From Rhina ancylostomus (Eukaryota): 64,000 nt of DNA. Each line of letters starts with the position of its first letter. The first letter of the stretch is position 1. Shown here in pieces: positions 38,831 to 52,130 of this stretch. The notes under the pieces were generated by a model, which was not told where the DNA came from, ran no database searches, and saw nothing but the letters and a program-made list of their open reading frames with translations. The position numbers and the translations under genes are program-made. Location of the stretch: assembly GCA_030265395.1 (NCBI GenBank), contig JARFYF010000063.1:76126163-76190162 (forward strand). The letters are read 5' to 3'.

Positions 38831-39134
38831 CTGATATTCAGTACTCAATAATGAAATATATCCTCCCGTTAAATATAGTCAGTACTCGGTGACCACGAGT
38901 ATCCATTAGTTGAATACAGGAAAGATGGAGCCTTTGTATTTGGCCCCTACCAAAGTCAAAATGGAGTTTATTATCATATGCACAAGTACATGTATGCACA
39001 GGTGCAATGAAAAACCAACTTTCAGCAGCAGCACAGGCACATAGCATGCAAGTTTTTCCTCAGTTCTATTCCCCTGTCATTGATTTTAGCCCTTTCTCCA
39101 GCCACTGAGATTAACCCAGACTATCAGCCATTTT

Positions 39135-39420
39135 ATATTTAAGTCAGAGGCAAGAGATTTAAAAGGGACATCAGGAGCAACTTCTTCACTCCGAGGGTGG
39201 TGCATATTTGGAATGGGCTGCCAGAAATAGTGGTTGAGGTGGGCACATTAGCAACAGATAAAAGCCATCTAGGTAAAAACATGGATAGGACAGGTTTAGA
39301 GAGCTATGGACTAAACACAGGCAGATGTAACTAGCTCACTGGGCAACACATTTGNNNNNNNNNNNNNNNNNNNNNNNNNNNNNNNNNNNNGAAGGGCCTG
39401 TTTCCATGCTGTATGACTTT
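39135..39420 (+). mobile_element. CR1 3' end
   Basis: agatttaaaagggac...aacttcttcactccgagggtggtg...gaagggcctgtttccatgctgtatgact. Confidence 0.8.
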
Positions 39421-39887
39421 AACCTTGTTAACTTTTTCGTGCTGATTTTCCAACTCCACATACTGTGTGCCGCCAAGAATGCCTATTGCCATTTAAAAAC
39501 TGGCCAAACCAAGCATAATTTAGCTCCTTTGCTGATGCTCTTATCCATGCTTTTGTTACACCTAGACCCAACTTCCAGATGCTGCTCTAGTCAGCTTCCC
39601 ACTCTTGTCAAGTCCCCTTCATGTGTAGTCCTTGTGTTGACTGACCTGCATTTGTTCCAGATCTGGGGAGGTCTAAATTCCAATATTCTCTTCTTATCCA
39701 CCTGCTGACCCTTGGCAACAGTACTTGTATTCCGAGACAAATTTTTCATAAAGGGTTGATGTCTGTTGTTATTTCTTGAGTTAACAATAGCAGACTTGAA
39801 GCAGGGAATCAACAGTATTGGTTCACACTGTAGTGCTAGTTTGCATCGAGAGGTCTAAATCTAACTTTTCTGTGGGTTTTCTTTCAG

Positions 39888-39938
39888 CGAAGATGTCAAG
39901 AAAACTAAGCTTGCCAACTGAACTGAAGCCTGATTTGG
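39888..39938 (+). CDS. STXBP5: STXBP5 HVR cassette exon, 51 nt (segment absent from s-tomosyn; PKA RKLS and SUMO LKPD motifs)
   Basis: CTAAC branch-like motif at 39861, ctttcag| and |gtgagt. Translates AKMSRKLSLPTELKPDL (recalled human AKMSRKLSLPTDLKPDL). Confidence 0.95.
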
Positions 39939-42900
39939 GTGAGTGTGAAGACTTGCACCACCGAGTGTGGAAATGTTCTTTCTATGATTATTTTCTTTTG
40001 TTTTCATAAAACCAGAAACAACGAGTAGGCAAAGTACCTGCCAACGAGCTCCTCTTTTCCATTGTCACAGTTACACCAGGGTGTTCAAGTTCTGTTCCGT
40101 AGGCACCAAACTTTGTGCTTGAGATTGACCTTAAAGAAGCAGAAAACAGCCCAAAATATGATTTTATTATTTTTCAGTGACTAGATAATGTGGGTTCTGA
40201 GTATACAGGCAGCAAGGTTTAGGGTTCAGGTTTGCCACAATCAAGATGCATTGCAAAAAGTAGTCAAGATTTCACAGTACCTCACATCCACAAAGTTTCC
40301 ATCACTGAGAAGAACAAGGGCATGAAAACTCCGTCATTCCTGACTTGGCACCATTGTGGAAGCATCTTCATCACATTGACCGTAATTGTTCAGGAAGAAG
40401 CCCACTACCACAAGGTCAACTAGGCTGAGAAATAAATGTCAGTCTCCTCAGTGACATCCTCAGCTTTGATTGTTATTCAGTCGATGAGTTACTCAGTGCA
40501 TGAAGAACCAAGATCCTTGCATTAATGGCCACAAGCAAGATATTAGAGGAGCTTTGAATCATTCACGACACCAGCTTAACAGTTTACACTCGTGACACCT
40601 GCTATGCTTAAGGTGCCACTTTGGTATCACTTTCCACTAAATTGCAGATGGTTTTGTGCCGCAGGCTGGAATTCCAGTTGGGCTACTGCAGTTCATTTCA
40701 TTTTAGAGCCTGACCACAGACATATCCTTTGGGCTTTCATTCTACTAACCATAATTGGATTGAAACCTGAACGTCATTGGTGATATTTTCACTCTGCACC
40801 CATTCAATGATCTTCTGATCAGAGCCCCTGCAGCTCAAGGTGATAAATGGAATAGATGGAAGTCAGAACATTCGATTTAATCCATGACATCAGACCAGGA
40901 TATTTTCCTTGCATGTTATAAACTTGGGCTGTGCTGTTTTGAATCTNNNNNNNNNNNNNNNNNNNNNNNNNNNNNNNNNNNNNNNNNNNNNNNNNNNNNN
41001 NNNNNNNNNNNNNNNNNNNNNNNNNNNNNNNNNNNNNNNNNNNNNNNNNNNNNNNNNNNNNNNNNNNNNNNNNNNNNNNNNNNNNNNNNNNNNNNNNNNN
41101 NNNNNNNNNNNNNNNNNNNNNNNNNNNNNNNNNNNNNNNNNNNNNNNNNNNNNNNNNNNNNNNNNNNNNNNNNNNNNNNNNNNNNNNNNNNNNNNNNNNN
41201 NNNNNNNNNNNNNNNNNNNNNNNNNNNNNNNNNNNNNNNNNNNNNNNNNNNNNNNNNNNNNNNNNNNNNNNNNNNNNNNNNNNNNNNNNNNNNNNNNNNN
41301 NNNNNNNNNNNNNNNNNNNNNNNNNNNNNNNNNNNNNNNNNNNNNNNNNNNNNNNNNNNNNNNNNNNNNNNNNNNNNNNNNNNNNNNNNNNNNNNNNNNN
41401 NNNNNNNNNNNNNNNNNNNNNNNNNNNNNNNNNNNNNNNNNNNNNNNNNNNNNNNNNNNNNNNNNNNNNNNNNNNNNNNNNNNNNNNNNNNNNNNNNNNN
41501 NNNNNNNNNNNNNNNNNNNNNNNNNNNNNNNNNNNNNNNNNNNNNNNNNNNNNNNNNNNNNNNNNNNNNNNNNNNNNNNNNNNNNNNNNNNNNNNNNNNN
41601 NNNACACTTTATTTGCTGAATGATGAAGTGGTATCAGTGTGTGAGTTTCTGATTTCTGATGAGAGGAGTGAAATTACAAAGAGGAACACAGCAGAGAGGA
41701 GGTAGAATGTAGTTCATTAAATCGTGGTTGACTTTTTTGCTCAGATGTAAATAATGGAGCATTTGGAATGGAATTTTGCATGTCCTCGAGGAAACTGCAC
41801 TCTGCATTTCTTTGATTGAAGCAATCACATTAGAAAGTGTAGCAGGATGTTTAACAGTATTGTCCACCAAGAGAGAAAGCAGGCCTTTTGTTGGCTATTT
41901 GTGCCCATCTTGCTGCTTTGTTAGTCAGGTTCTTAATTAGCTCCCACATCTTTTAAAATACATTCTTAGTACAACAAAAATTATTTTAAAATATTTTTGA
42001 AGCACTTTTACAGCTATATGGAAAAGAGGCATCTATTTTGGACACAGGAAAATACCTGAATAAGCAGTGCCACAAACACAGGTTGAAGGATAAATCATGG
42101 AAAAAAACCGCTGTTCTTCAATGCCAATAATCTTTTGCCTATATGAATAGGGCAGATAAGGCTTCATTTCAATTTTTCATCCAAGGGGTAGCACCTCACT
42201 GCTGCAGCGGAGTCAGATTAATGCTGAGTCATGAAGATGATGGGTTCGTCTTCTGCAATGCTGTGCAACCTCTGGAATGGCTTCCATCACCATTTGCAGC
42301 CAGAAACTATCTCACTTTTAAGAGGTGCAGGTCTGGATTTAGTTATCATTGCTAGGCCCAACTGGTGTTGGCCAACCATGAGGATGACTGGTTACTCCAA
42401 CATGATGAAGTCACTGCATGAATTTTGCACGCTCAACCATTCTCGTGGGCTGCTTAAATGTTATGAGTTCTGTGCCCATTTTCTACTGCTGCCCAATTTC
42501 ACCATACCATGTTTTTGAAAATGCTCCAGTTCTTTAGGGCTTCTCTTGGCCCATGCTACTCATCTCAGTGTTGTATCTGAAATTATATATCAGGGCTTGG
42601 ATTCACTGTTTAACAATTTCATCTGAACGCTACCAATGTTGAAGGTTCAGATTTTTTGCTGTTGTTGATTAATTTGTAGGTTATTCACAAGAGCTGTCTT
42701 AAAATTTGTTTCTGAAGGGCTCCTTGATGCACACAATTGAGAAGCAGTCATTTCATCCTTAAATTTTAGGATATAGTTGAGGCCAGCATTCCTCATCCCT
42801 GATTGCCTTTGAAGGTGCCAGTGAGCTCCTGCCTGGAAATCACCTATAATAATTGAAGGATATTACTAATTTAAGTAATGATTACCATCTTCCCTCAGTT

Positions 42901-43565
42901 ATATTCAGTATTCGTAGTAACAAGCCATCTATCTAGTGGGTGTTTATCTAACTGTTGTTCACTTAGTCCATTGTACAATAAACAGAATGAATTGGGAGAG
43001 TTTTAAATTTTTATTTAATTTTACTGCAATGTTCATTTTAGTTTCAACTATGACACACCCTTCAACTCTTTTTTGACTCTTTTCTGAATCATTTTAGATG
43101 ACTTTTTGTTTACACTTTGAATTAGCCCATTTTACCCCATGATAGTTATTGGTTTAGACTTGTTTTAATGTGAAAGAGTAGAACAATTTTATTAAATGTA
43201 GTAGATATGAAGAGCTTAGAAGTTTGTATTTTCTTAAAAGATCTATGCCTTTGTTTCCCTGCCGTCCCAGGGCCCTCATCAGTTGGAGAGATGTCAGTGG
43301 TGTGTAATGGAACAGCTTTCCATTTTGGGCATAAGTAATCAACAGATAGTAATTCAAAGGTCAAATATAGAGCAAGCAGACAGAAACCTAAGGAAGCAAG
43401 AAACTGAGACAACAGAGGAAGGCCTGGTTCAAAATCATAAAGCCAATCTGCTGCAAAATATTGTCCATCTCCAAATTTCGAAGCATGTTTAATTGGCAAA
43501 GTCCCTAAGGCTTGGATTGAAAGCTTGGATAACTTCAATGAAAAATGAACTCATCTAATGTTATA

Positions 43566-43777
43566 GCAACAACAATCTGCTGGAAGAACTCAGCGGGTCG
43601 AGCAGCATCTGTGGGAGGAAAGAGATTGTCGAAGTTTCTGATCGAAACACTGTATCAGGTTACCAACCGAAACATCGACAATTCCTTTCTTCCCAAAGAT
43701 GCTGCTCAACCCGTTGAGTTCCTCCAGCAGATTGCTTGTTGCTGCAGATTCCAGCATCTGCAGTCTCTTGTGTCTCC
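43566..43777. mobile_element. Penelope-derived palindromic (fold-back) element
   Basis: Arm caatctgctggaagaactcagcgggtcgagcagcatct...ttgtcga is the near reverse complement of tcgacaa...agatgctgctcaacccgttgagttcctccagcagattg. Confidence 0.8.
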
Positions 43778-43914
43778 ATATTCAATTATATTATTGCACA
43801 GTTCTAAATGTTAGAAAAGGAGATATGGATGATCCACTAATAGGCACTTGATCAAAGCATGCTTTTGATTAGAAGATTCACAGGACTAAGTATTTTGCAT
43901 TCAACCCTCTCCTG

Positions 43915-44710
43915 TAAACCATTTGCATTTCCAGAAGGCATTTGATAAGGTGTCACATAAGAGGCTGATGCACAAGCTTGGAGCTCAGAAGATTGATGAA
44001 GTGTGTGAGGATGCATTGAGGACTGGTTTTCACATAGAAGAAAGAGAATAAATTAACATTCTGATGAGGCAAGTAGGAAGGCAAATGGCATATTGACTTT
44101 TGTTTCAAGGAGGTGGAGTCCAGAAACAGAATATTTTCACGAATGTACAGGGTATTGATATTGCTGCACCTGGAGTACTGTGTACAGTTTCACTCTTTTA
44201 AGAAAGGATACACTGGCATTGCAGGCAGCTCAGAAGAGATTCACTTGGGTAATTTCTCAGATTATTGAGGCTGAACAAGTTAGATCTGCATTCTTTGGAG
44301 TTTAGAAGACTGACAGATGATCTTATTGAAAGATATAAGATCCTAACGGGGAATGACAGGTTAGACATTGAGATGTCCCCACTAGTGAGAGAGTCTCAAA
44401 TGACGGGGACATAGTTACAAGGTTGGGGGCAGATATTTAAGACTGAGGTGAGTATGACTTCTTCATGTGTAGGGTGGTGAATCGCTGGTGCTTGCTGACT
44501 CATAGGGTTATGTGGGCTATTATCATTGGAGGCATTTAAAGACAGTATAGATACAGTTTTAAAAGTTTGAGGAATGGAGGGCCATGCAGAACTGTTGCAG
44601 AAGAGGAGCTGAGAACTGAGGCAGATCAACCATAGTGTGTTGAATGGTGGGGCAGGCCTGATGGGTGAGATGTCCTACTCCTGTTCCTATTTTCTTGTGT
44701 ACTTGTGTTG
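43915..44710 (+). mobile_element. CR1 RT / 3' UTR with internal deletion
   Basis: FQKAFDKVSHKRL motif (ttccagaaggcatttgataaggtgtcacataagagg), cacctggagtactgtgtacagtt (HLEYCVQF), tail ctactcctgttcctattttcttgtg. Confidence 0.85.
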
Positions 44711-45044
44711 AGTGGTACTTTCCAGTTACATCTCATTGATGTGTGAAGAAATTATGACTTGTGGCTGCTCTCAGCATACTCACAACAGCAACATTAAACG
44801 ATTAAAATAGTGTCAAGAAAACACTGACTTTGTTTGCTGCTGTTTCCCCATGCATAATCCTTTATAACCATTCCCCTTTCTTCCCTGGAAACTAGTTATT
44901 ATTGCTGAGGTAAAATTCAATAGGTTTCAATCAACGCCTTGCTGATTGGCTATTATTCAAGAATGAGCCTTGACCAGGACAATTAACAAGATTTTCAACT
45001 CATTGAGGCAAACCATAGCAAAGATCCATTCTTAACTCACTTAA

Positions 45045-45540
45045 GAGACAAGAAATTCTGCAGATGCTGGATGTATCTGGAGCAATACACAAGGTGCTGG
45101 AGGAACTCAGCAGGTCAGGCAGTATCCATGGAAAGAAATAAAACAGTCGACGTTCATAGGTGAGTCTTGGTGAGAGGGGAAAGGCACCATAGAACAATAC
45201 AGCACAATACAGGCCCTTTGGCCCACCGCGTTGTGCTGCCCATCAAACCACAAAGGTAGGCAGGTGGTGGAGGGGGGAGAAGATGTAATAAGCTGAGAGG
45301 CGATAGGTAGAGGAGGCCAAGGGCTGAAGAAGGAATCCAGTAGGACAGGGCAGTGGACCATGAAATAAAGGATGGGTGAGGGGAGGGGTGGAGATGGGCA
45401 GGTCATCAATGCGGNNNNNNNNNNNNNNNNNNNNNNNNNNNNNNNNNNNNNNNNNNNNNNNNNNNNNNNNNNNNNNNNNNNNNNNNNNNNNNNNNNNNNN
45501 NNNNNNNNNNNNNNGCATCTGCAGTCTCTTGTGCCTCTCA
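45045..45540. mobile_element. Penelope-derived inverted-repeat element with a nested CR1 tail (about 45187-45250)
   Basis: Termini agagacaagaaattctgcagatgctgg and gcatctgcagtctcttgtgcctct. Confidence 0.7.
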
Positions 45541-46029
45541 TCAAATGTTAGTTATGTTCTCAGCTATTCTTTATGCATATTTGGGTAGATTATATGATGA
45601 AGGTAGAATTCACCCAGTCATATTAATTTATTATGCATTTGGAATGTCAAGTGACATAGTCATGACATAATTAAGTTTACTACTTTGAAACATAATATTT
45701 ATACTTGAAACAAAGCATCTATTTCAATAAATCAAACTGCAAAAAACTGGAATTCCAGTACTTGGGTCAAGTGACATCATACTGCACTCTTTCAAGAGGT
45801 CCATTTTTTGAGTGTTTCTGCCATTTTTTTTGTTTCATCTCAGTAGTTTGCTCCAAGTGGTTGTTTATCTTTTGATCAGTATTTAAAAAGAGAGATGGGC
45901 TGAAGTATTGGATTTACAAAAATTTTTCAAGATAAAAATGCAAGTTTAATGCAAGTCCTCATTGTCACATTGGTGGTATAACTGCAGGATGTTAAGGGAT
46001 AACAATTCCAAAGCTTTCGTAAGCTTTAA

Positions 46030-47215
46030 TGTAATAAGACATTGCATTGCACCTCGGGAGTGTTAACATACAAAATTTGATACTGAACCTTGTAAGGTGG
46101 TGCTGTGGAAGATGACCAAAGTTTGATCATCAAAGAAGATTTTAAGCAACATCTAAAGGAAGAAAGAGTAGTCAGAAAATGGATAGAATTCGGGAGGGGA
46201 TTGGAGTCGTAGAGTTGTACATCACAGAAACAAGCCCCTCAGCCCACCACATCCATGCTGATCATTGTATTTAGCTATATTAATCTCACTTACCCACACT
46301 TGGTCCATGGAATTCCAGAGCTCTGAGGCCTCAGCAGCTGATGGCACAGCTCGCAAAAGTGGAGCTATTAAAATCAACAATATTCAAAGCACCAGCATTA
46401 GAGGAGCAACACTATTGTGGAGACTGTATGGAAGTAATTACAAATAAGGAGGTGAAGCTATACAGGGATTTGAAATTGAGGATGAGAATTTTAAAGCTGA
46501 GACAGTGCTCAATCAGGAACCAAAGGTGATTAGTGAATGGGCACTTGTACAAATTAGGTCACGGAGTTTTGGATGAACTGGAATTTTTAGAGTGTAGAAC
46601 ATAAGAGGATTAGTTGGAATGGATAGTCTAGAGTTAATAAAGTCAATAGAGCAGTTGATGCAGGAATGGAGTCAGCAATGTTACGGAAGTAAAAATAGAC
46701 TGTCTAAGCAAAGGTATGGCTGTATGTTCAATTGAGTTTATTTTGACACTAAATTCCATAGTCTAGTTCAGCCTCAGATAGGGAAAATGTTGGGTCATTT
46801 GCCATGGAACAGTTTGTTTTGGGGAATAATGAAAATGTTTTTGATTTTCCCAATACTAGAGAAGTTCTTTACACAAACGGCACCAGATGTTAGTCAGGGA
46901 GACAGTGAAGAGCTTGAGAGACTGGTGGTGATCCAGAGTTGGTGTATTGTCAATATGCATGTGAAAACTGATGCTTTGTTTTCAGATTATGTTCCAGAGA
47001 GACAATGTGTAGATGTGAAATCGGAGAAAATTTAAGGGTGGATTCTTGAGGGAAGATAAAGATAAGGATGTGGGAACAGAAGCAGTTGCAAGCGATTCCT
47101 TGAGATGAGAATGATATGAACCAAGTGCATTTCTATCCAGTTTATGGGAATGGTGTGGACAACCATTTTAGAAGTTGCAGACAGATTGAGAAAGGTGAGG
47201 AGGGATTGTTTATAT
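46030..47215 (-). mobile_element. L2-type LINE, antisense, decayed (with a small CR1 tail near 46205-46300)
   Basis: gggatttgaaattgaggatgagaattttaaa, agagctggtg-like and ggattcttgaggga (reverse of PQxS) segments. Confidence 0.65.
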
Positions 47216-49422
47216 AAACAATTAGTTATATAAAATCATTTTAGCAATAGCCATTTGACATGGTGTGGCAGTCGCAGTAAAACAGGGATTGGCGATGCAG
47301 TTCAGTGGTGGTTATAACTGCAGGATACAAATGTCATTTGATGGCGGTGTAACGGCAGGGTAACAATGTGGTATGACAGTGATGATATAACTGCAGGGTG
47401 ACAATATAGTGTGGCGGAGGAGGTGCACCTGCAAGTTGGTGGTATTTGACGGTTGTATAAATGTAGTTGACAATAGTGACCTAACTAGGGAAAGAACTAG
47501 TTTGACAGTTGCTTATTTTTCTCTTGTCTGTGGGACTTTATCAGTGAAAACTACCATATATGTCCTTAAATATGATATTTCTTTTCATTGTTTTGGAGGG
47601 AAAAGGGCTTTTTTGTTTGAAAAGATATAGGACTAATTCCTATTCTCACTCTCTGCCAATGATAGAGCTTGGATTTGGGTCAAAGAACAGAAACCAATGC
47701 CTTAATCATCACCTGGAAAAAACAAAGCTGTTTAAAAACAATGTTTGGAGTATGACTTCTCTGTATATGCATTTCACTAGTAAGACTTCTCTGAAAAACT
47801 TGGTAATAGGTCTAAGGCATTGAATCAATCCTTGATTAACATGCATGTACATCTTGGATGTTAATTTTCTATCACTAATGGATCTTTTCTGCAAAATTAA
47901 TTTCCAATTATCTGTCATTGAGTTAAGATTCATTTAAACTTCTGCCATTAGGTTTCTGGTGTGCTGAAAAAATCAATGAAATTAAGCATAATTTCTCATC
48001 TAGAATGTGTACTGGAATTATGCACATTGTACATCCAAATGTCTTTTTGGAAGGAGGTGCTTCATACACAGTCAGATCTCTCTAATCCATATTCGACAGC
48101 AGGGACCTCTTGCAATTTCCATTACCAAATTACACCTCATTTTTTTCTTTCTTAACCCGTGCAAATTATACTTCTCAGTCTAGATTTGTGTTCAGTGGCT
48201 GTAATTTCAGGGCTTTCTGAATCCATGCACAGATAGGTTGGAGAGGGATTCAGCAGTTTGCAATGACCAAAACTCAGGGGCTTGGTACCATGCAGAAGCA
48301 AACCTTTACACACACTTGGGGACAGAGGTCCAATTAGATTTCTTCTTGTAGAAGAGGCTATGCACAGTAAAATCTGTGACCGTCAGGGCTTGGTAATGGT
48401 TCAGGATCCATGCTCTCCAAGTATATGCTGTTGCTTTAGTGAGAGGCCTTTCTTAAATGTTTAATTAAAGCAACATTTTTTTTTAACTTCAATTAAAATT
48501 GAAGTAATGTAATAAAATCTGATGAACTGGTTTCAGAAACTGTAACCATGCAACTTCTGGATTGTCAGAATAACCCAATAAGTTTGCTGATGTCAGGTTT
48601 CCTTCTCTGAAGGACATCTGTACCTGGTCTGACATATGTAAGAATTTAGAGCAACCAATGTCATGGATTCTTATCTGTCTCCTCTGTTTGGAAGCATCAG
48701 GATGGATAATAAATACCACCCTTGACAGTGATGTCTACATCTTTTGAATAGATAATAAAGAATGGAAAGTCACTGTTGACTGACATTGAGTGCTTGTGAG
48801 ATGTATCCCAATCAAGTTATTTAGAACATCTACTTCAAGATTAGAGAAATGCCCCACCGCTTGCAAATGATTCAAAGAAGCTACTTTGGTGCAATCTTTA
48901 ACCCCGATCTATTGAATCCCAGGGATCCAAATACAGGCAAATACACTCCAGACACCAGCATGACTTGGTTTAACCCTTAAAACTAACATTGCCAAGGAAG
49001 ATCATGAATTAATTTATTGATCCTCCAGTAGGTAAAGTGCATATTTATAAAATAAATATGCAGCGGCTCAAAATTCACAGAGAAAGACAAAAGCACATCA
49101 AATGCAGGAATGCTGGGGACTTTGAAGATGAGGAGCAGAATTTCTAATAAATTATTTTACTTGACATTAAGACCAAATTTGTATTCCACTTGTCTATATT
49201 TACTGCCATCACATTTTCCCAACACATCTGGATTAACAGATCTGACTGTTAAACTTTTATGTCAACAAATCAACCAAATGAAAGTGGTTTATAATATAAA
49301 ATTGCATTATGAAAGTTCAGATATGGACAGATAATGCCTCGATAATTTTAACTGATTATATCCTGAATTTTCTTCTGTTCTGTATCAATCATGGCTTTTC
49401 ATTTCTCCTATTTCAAAATTAG

Positions 49423-49662
49423 ATGTGAGAGACAACTCTTTCAGCCGTTCCCGCAGTTCCAGTGTTACCAGCATTGACAAGGAATCCCGAGAGGCCATCA
49501 CTGCTCTTCATTTCTCTGAGACTTATACCCGAAAGGCAGATACATGCACCTCACCATGTTTGTGGGTTGGGACAACACTTGGCACAGTATTGGTCATAGT
49601 ACTGAATCTGCCACCCGGAGGAGATCAAAGACTTACCCAGCCAGTCATTGTGTCTCCAAGTG
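49423..49662 (+). CDS. STXBP5: STXBP5 exon, 240 nt
   Basis: aattag| and |gtaaga. Translates DVRDNSFSRSRSSSVTSIDKESREAITALHFSETYTRK...PCLWVGTTLGTVLVIVLNLPPGGDQRLTQPVIVSPS; residues fit STXBP5 rather than STXBP5L. Confidence 0.97.
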
Positions 49663-51236
49663 GTAAGAGAATTGGGCCGGTCATATTCCAAGTATACCTA
49701 CATTATAGAGGCGAGAATAATAAAATGCTATAATGCTCCTATGAAATACCTTGAGACATTCTGCAGGATTAAAGATGTTGTACAAATGCACTTTGTGGAT
49801 TGGATGAGATAAAGGAAGGTTGGAAGAATAGCGTAAGAATTGAAAGATAGCCTTTACTGTGCTATAACCTCTGTGTAAATAGAGCTCAAGTTTGGGGAGT
49901 GACCCCAAACCTAACGGTTTATGGGAGGTGTTACCACATTTGAATATCAAAAGTAGTGGTACAGTTGGGAACTGGCTGCCTTTACAGAGCGTGGCCTTTA
50001 TGCTGATAAACTCTTTAAAGTTTGCTGACTCAGATATGTGGCACTTTCATCCATAGTGGGGCGTGCTCTAAACCTGAGCAGTTGGTTCTTCTGTCTTTAT
50101 GCTAGTTATGACAAATCTTGATCCAGTTTCCCTTACCTCATCTGCAGTTAGTTACAATAGTGTTCTGCATTCCCTTCCCAATCATTCTGAGATTCTAATT
50201 ATCTTTCTAAGCATCCCAAAATCTGTGCAATTCTCAGATGTGCTGTACTTTTTATGAGCTTTACTATACAGCATATCCTTCAAGATCCTTTAATCTGCCA
50301 TTCACTGGACATAACTAAGCCACCTGAGTCTATTTGTTCTAATGACCATTCCCATAAATGACAAAACAGCAAAATTTTAACACTTACATATTTGTCTTCT
50401 CTTTTCACATTCATTGAAGAGTTTTACAGAAATATCTATTATAAAAGCATTTACCTTCTGGTATGTGAATATAGTAAATGAATTAGCAAATCAATCACTA
50501 AAACTTCTTTCATCATTCAGTTAAATTATGGTAATTCATTGTTTTCACTGAACTTAATTCAACTATCCATTTTACCCTTTCCTATCAAAATTTATAATTT
50601 TCAGCTTATACACTTTTTTGATAATCGTATAATCACTTCAAACCAACACACTAATAATCGTGGAATGTTTAAGTATTTATCAATGATTTAATTAACTGCC
50701 ACCCCAATCTACACCCCTGCAATACATGCAAAAAGCAAAGAACTGCAGACAAATGTTGGCAGAATTTGAGTGTTCTGATGAATTATGGATTCCATTCATT
50801 CTGAGAAGTTGCACTGAGAAATCATGTCCTCTCAAATCATAATCAGTTTACCAAGATTTGCCTCCAGCAAGTACATAATACCACCTTTTCTAATTGATTT
50901 TTTTTAAAGGAGGAGCTTTGACTTTTGCTTTCTTTGCTGGAGGTGTGGAGGGAAGTGGAGGATGCTGTTTATGCTCAATGACCTTTTACCAGACGAGTTA
51001 TCATCTTGAAATGTTAACCCTACCTTCCTCCAAGTTCTTCCTGATGCTATCTCTGGTATTTTAAGATTTCCAACAACTGCAATATTTTACTTTATCTGAT
51101 GTGATGTCATGTAGCTTGTTGTGTACATTTAATGGAAGAGATGTAGCTTGTCTCTAACTACAGATAACAGTTGTATTGTGTGCTTTGCAGACTTTATGAC
51201 AATACAATTTGATAGTGCATTTTATATCTCATACAG

Positions 51237-51606
51237 GGACTATCTTGAGACTAAAAGGAGCAATTTTGCGAATGGCATTCTTGGACACCACAGGAAGCCT
51301 CATCCATCCAGCACATGAACCTTGGAAAGAACCAAATGTACAGGAGGAGAAAGATGAGAAAGATAAATGTAGGAAACTGAGACCTGTATCTGTCTCCCCC
51401 TCATCCTCTCAGGAGATAAGTGAAACCCAATATGCAGTGATATGTTCAGAAAAGCAGGCAAAGGTTATCTCACTGCCATCCCAAAACTGTGTTTATAAAC
51501 ACAACATAACTGAAACATCATTTGTTCTTCGTGCTGATATTGTGGGACTGAATGGGAGCATCTGCCTTGCATGCTTCTGTGCCAATGGACATATCATGAC
51601 GTTCAG
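51237..51606 (+). CDS. STXBP5: STXBP5 exon, 370 nt (WD40 / Lgl C-terminal-like region)
   Basis: atacag| and |gtaatt. Translates GTILRLKGAILRMAFLDTTG...YAVICSEKQAKVISLPSQNC...LACFCANGHIMTF. Confidence 0.97.
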
Positions 51607-51834
51607 GTAATTGAAATTGTGCTCATGGGCTAATAAACTGATTATAACTGGATGCTTCATGGTATCCACAATGTAGAAATTAAGATGTTTTAATGACATG
51701 GTAATATTTTGAAAGGCTATTGAAAGCTTTGTTCAATGGTTTTTTTGTTGAGAAGAATGGGTAGGTGTTACTAATTTGATTTGAGAGGTTTTAAAGAAAA
51801 TATAAATCTGAACATGATTCAGCTCTGTTCATTT

Positions 51835-52130
51835 GCAATACTCTTGTTCCTCAGTTAGCAGTTTGTGGCTTCAAGCTCTACTCCAATTCCTCAAGTGCAC
51901 AATCATGTGTTGGGGTTCTGCATTGCTAGAGGTGACATTCTTTGAATGATACTGTGTGTTCTTGTTAATCTGCAACGATTGCTTAAATAACAGCCTCAAA
52001 TAGGATTATGTTTGTGGGAGTTTGCTATAAATCGGTCAGTCACCTCAATTAGTGAAAAGCACCTGCAAACAGATTTTAAAATTACTTAACTGACATGTGA
52101 TGATTGAGGTTCTATATAAATTCAGCTATT
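51835..52130 (+). mobile_element. Deu-domain SINE remnant
   Basis: gtttgtggcttcaagctctactcc head, ctgcattgctagaggtg, gtttgtgggagtttgct, ctatataaat tail. Confidence 0.5.

Noticed and set aside
41745-41815. Possible extra HVR exon (D)VNNGAFGMEFCMSSRKLHSAFL after a ttttttgctcag acceptor
   Set aside because: It hits an in-frame TGA with no convincing donor before it and has no clear tomosyn homology.
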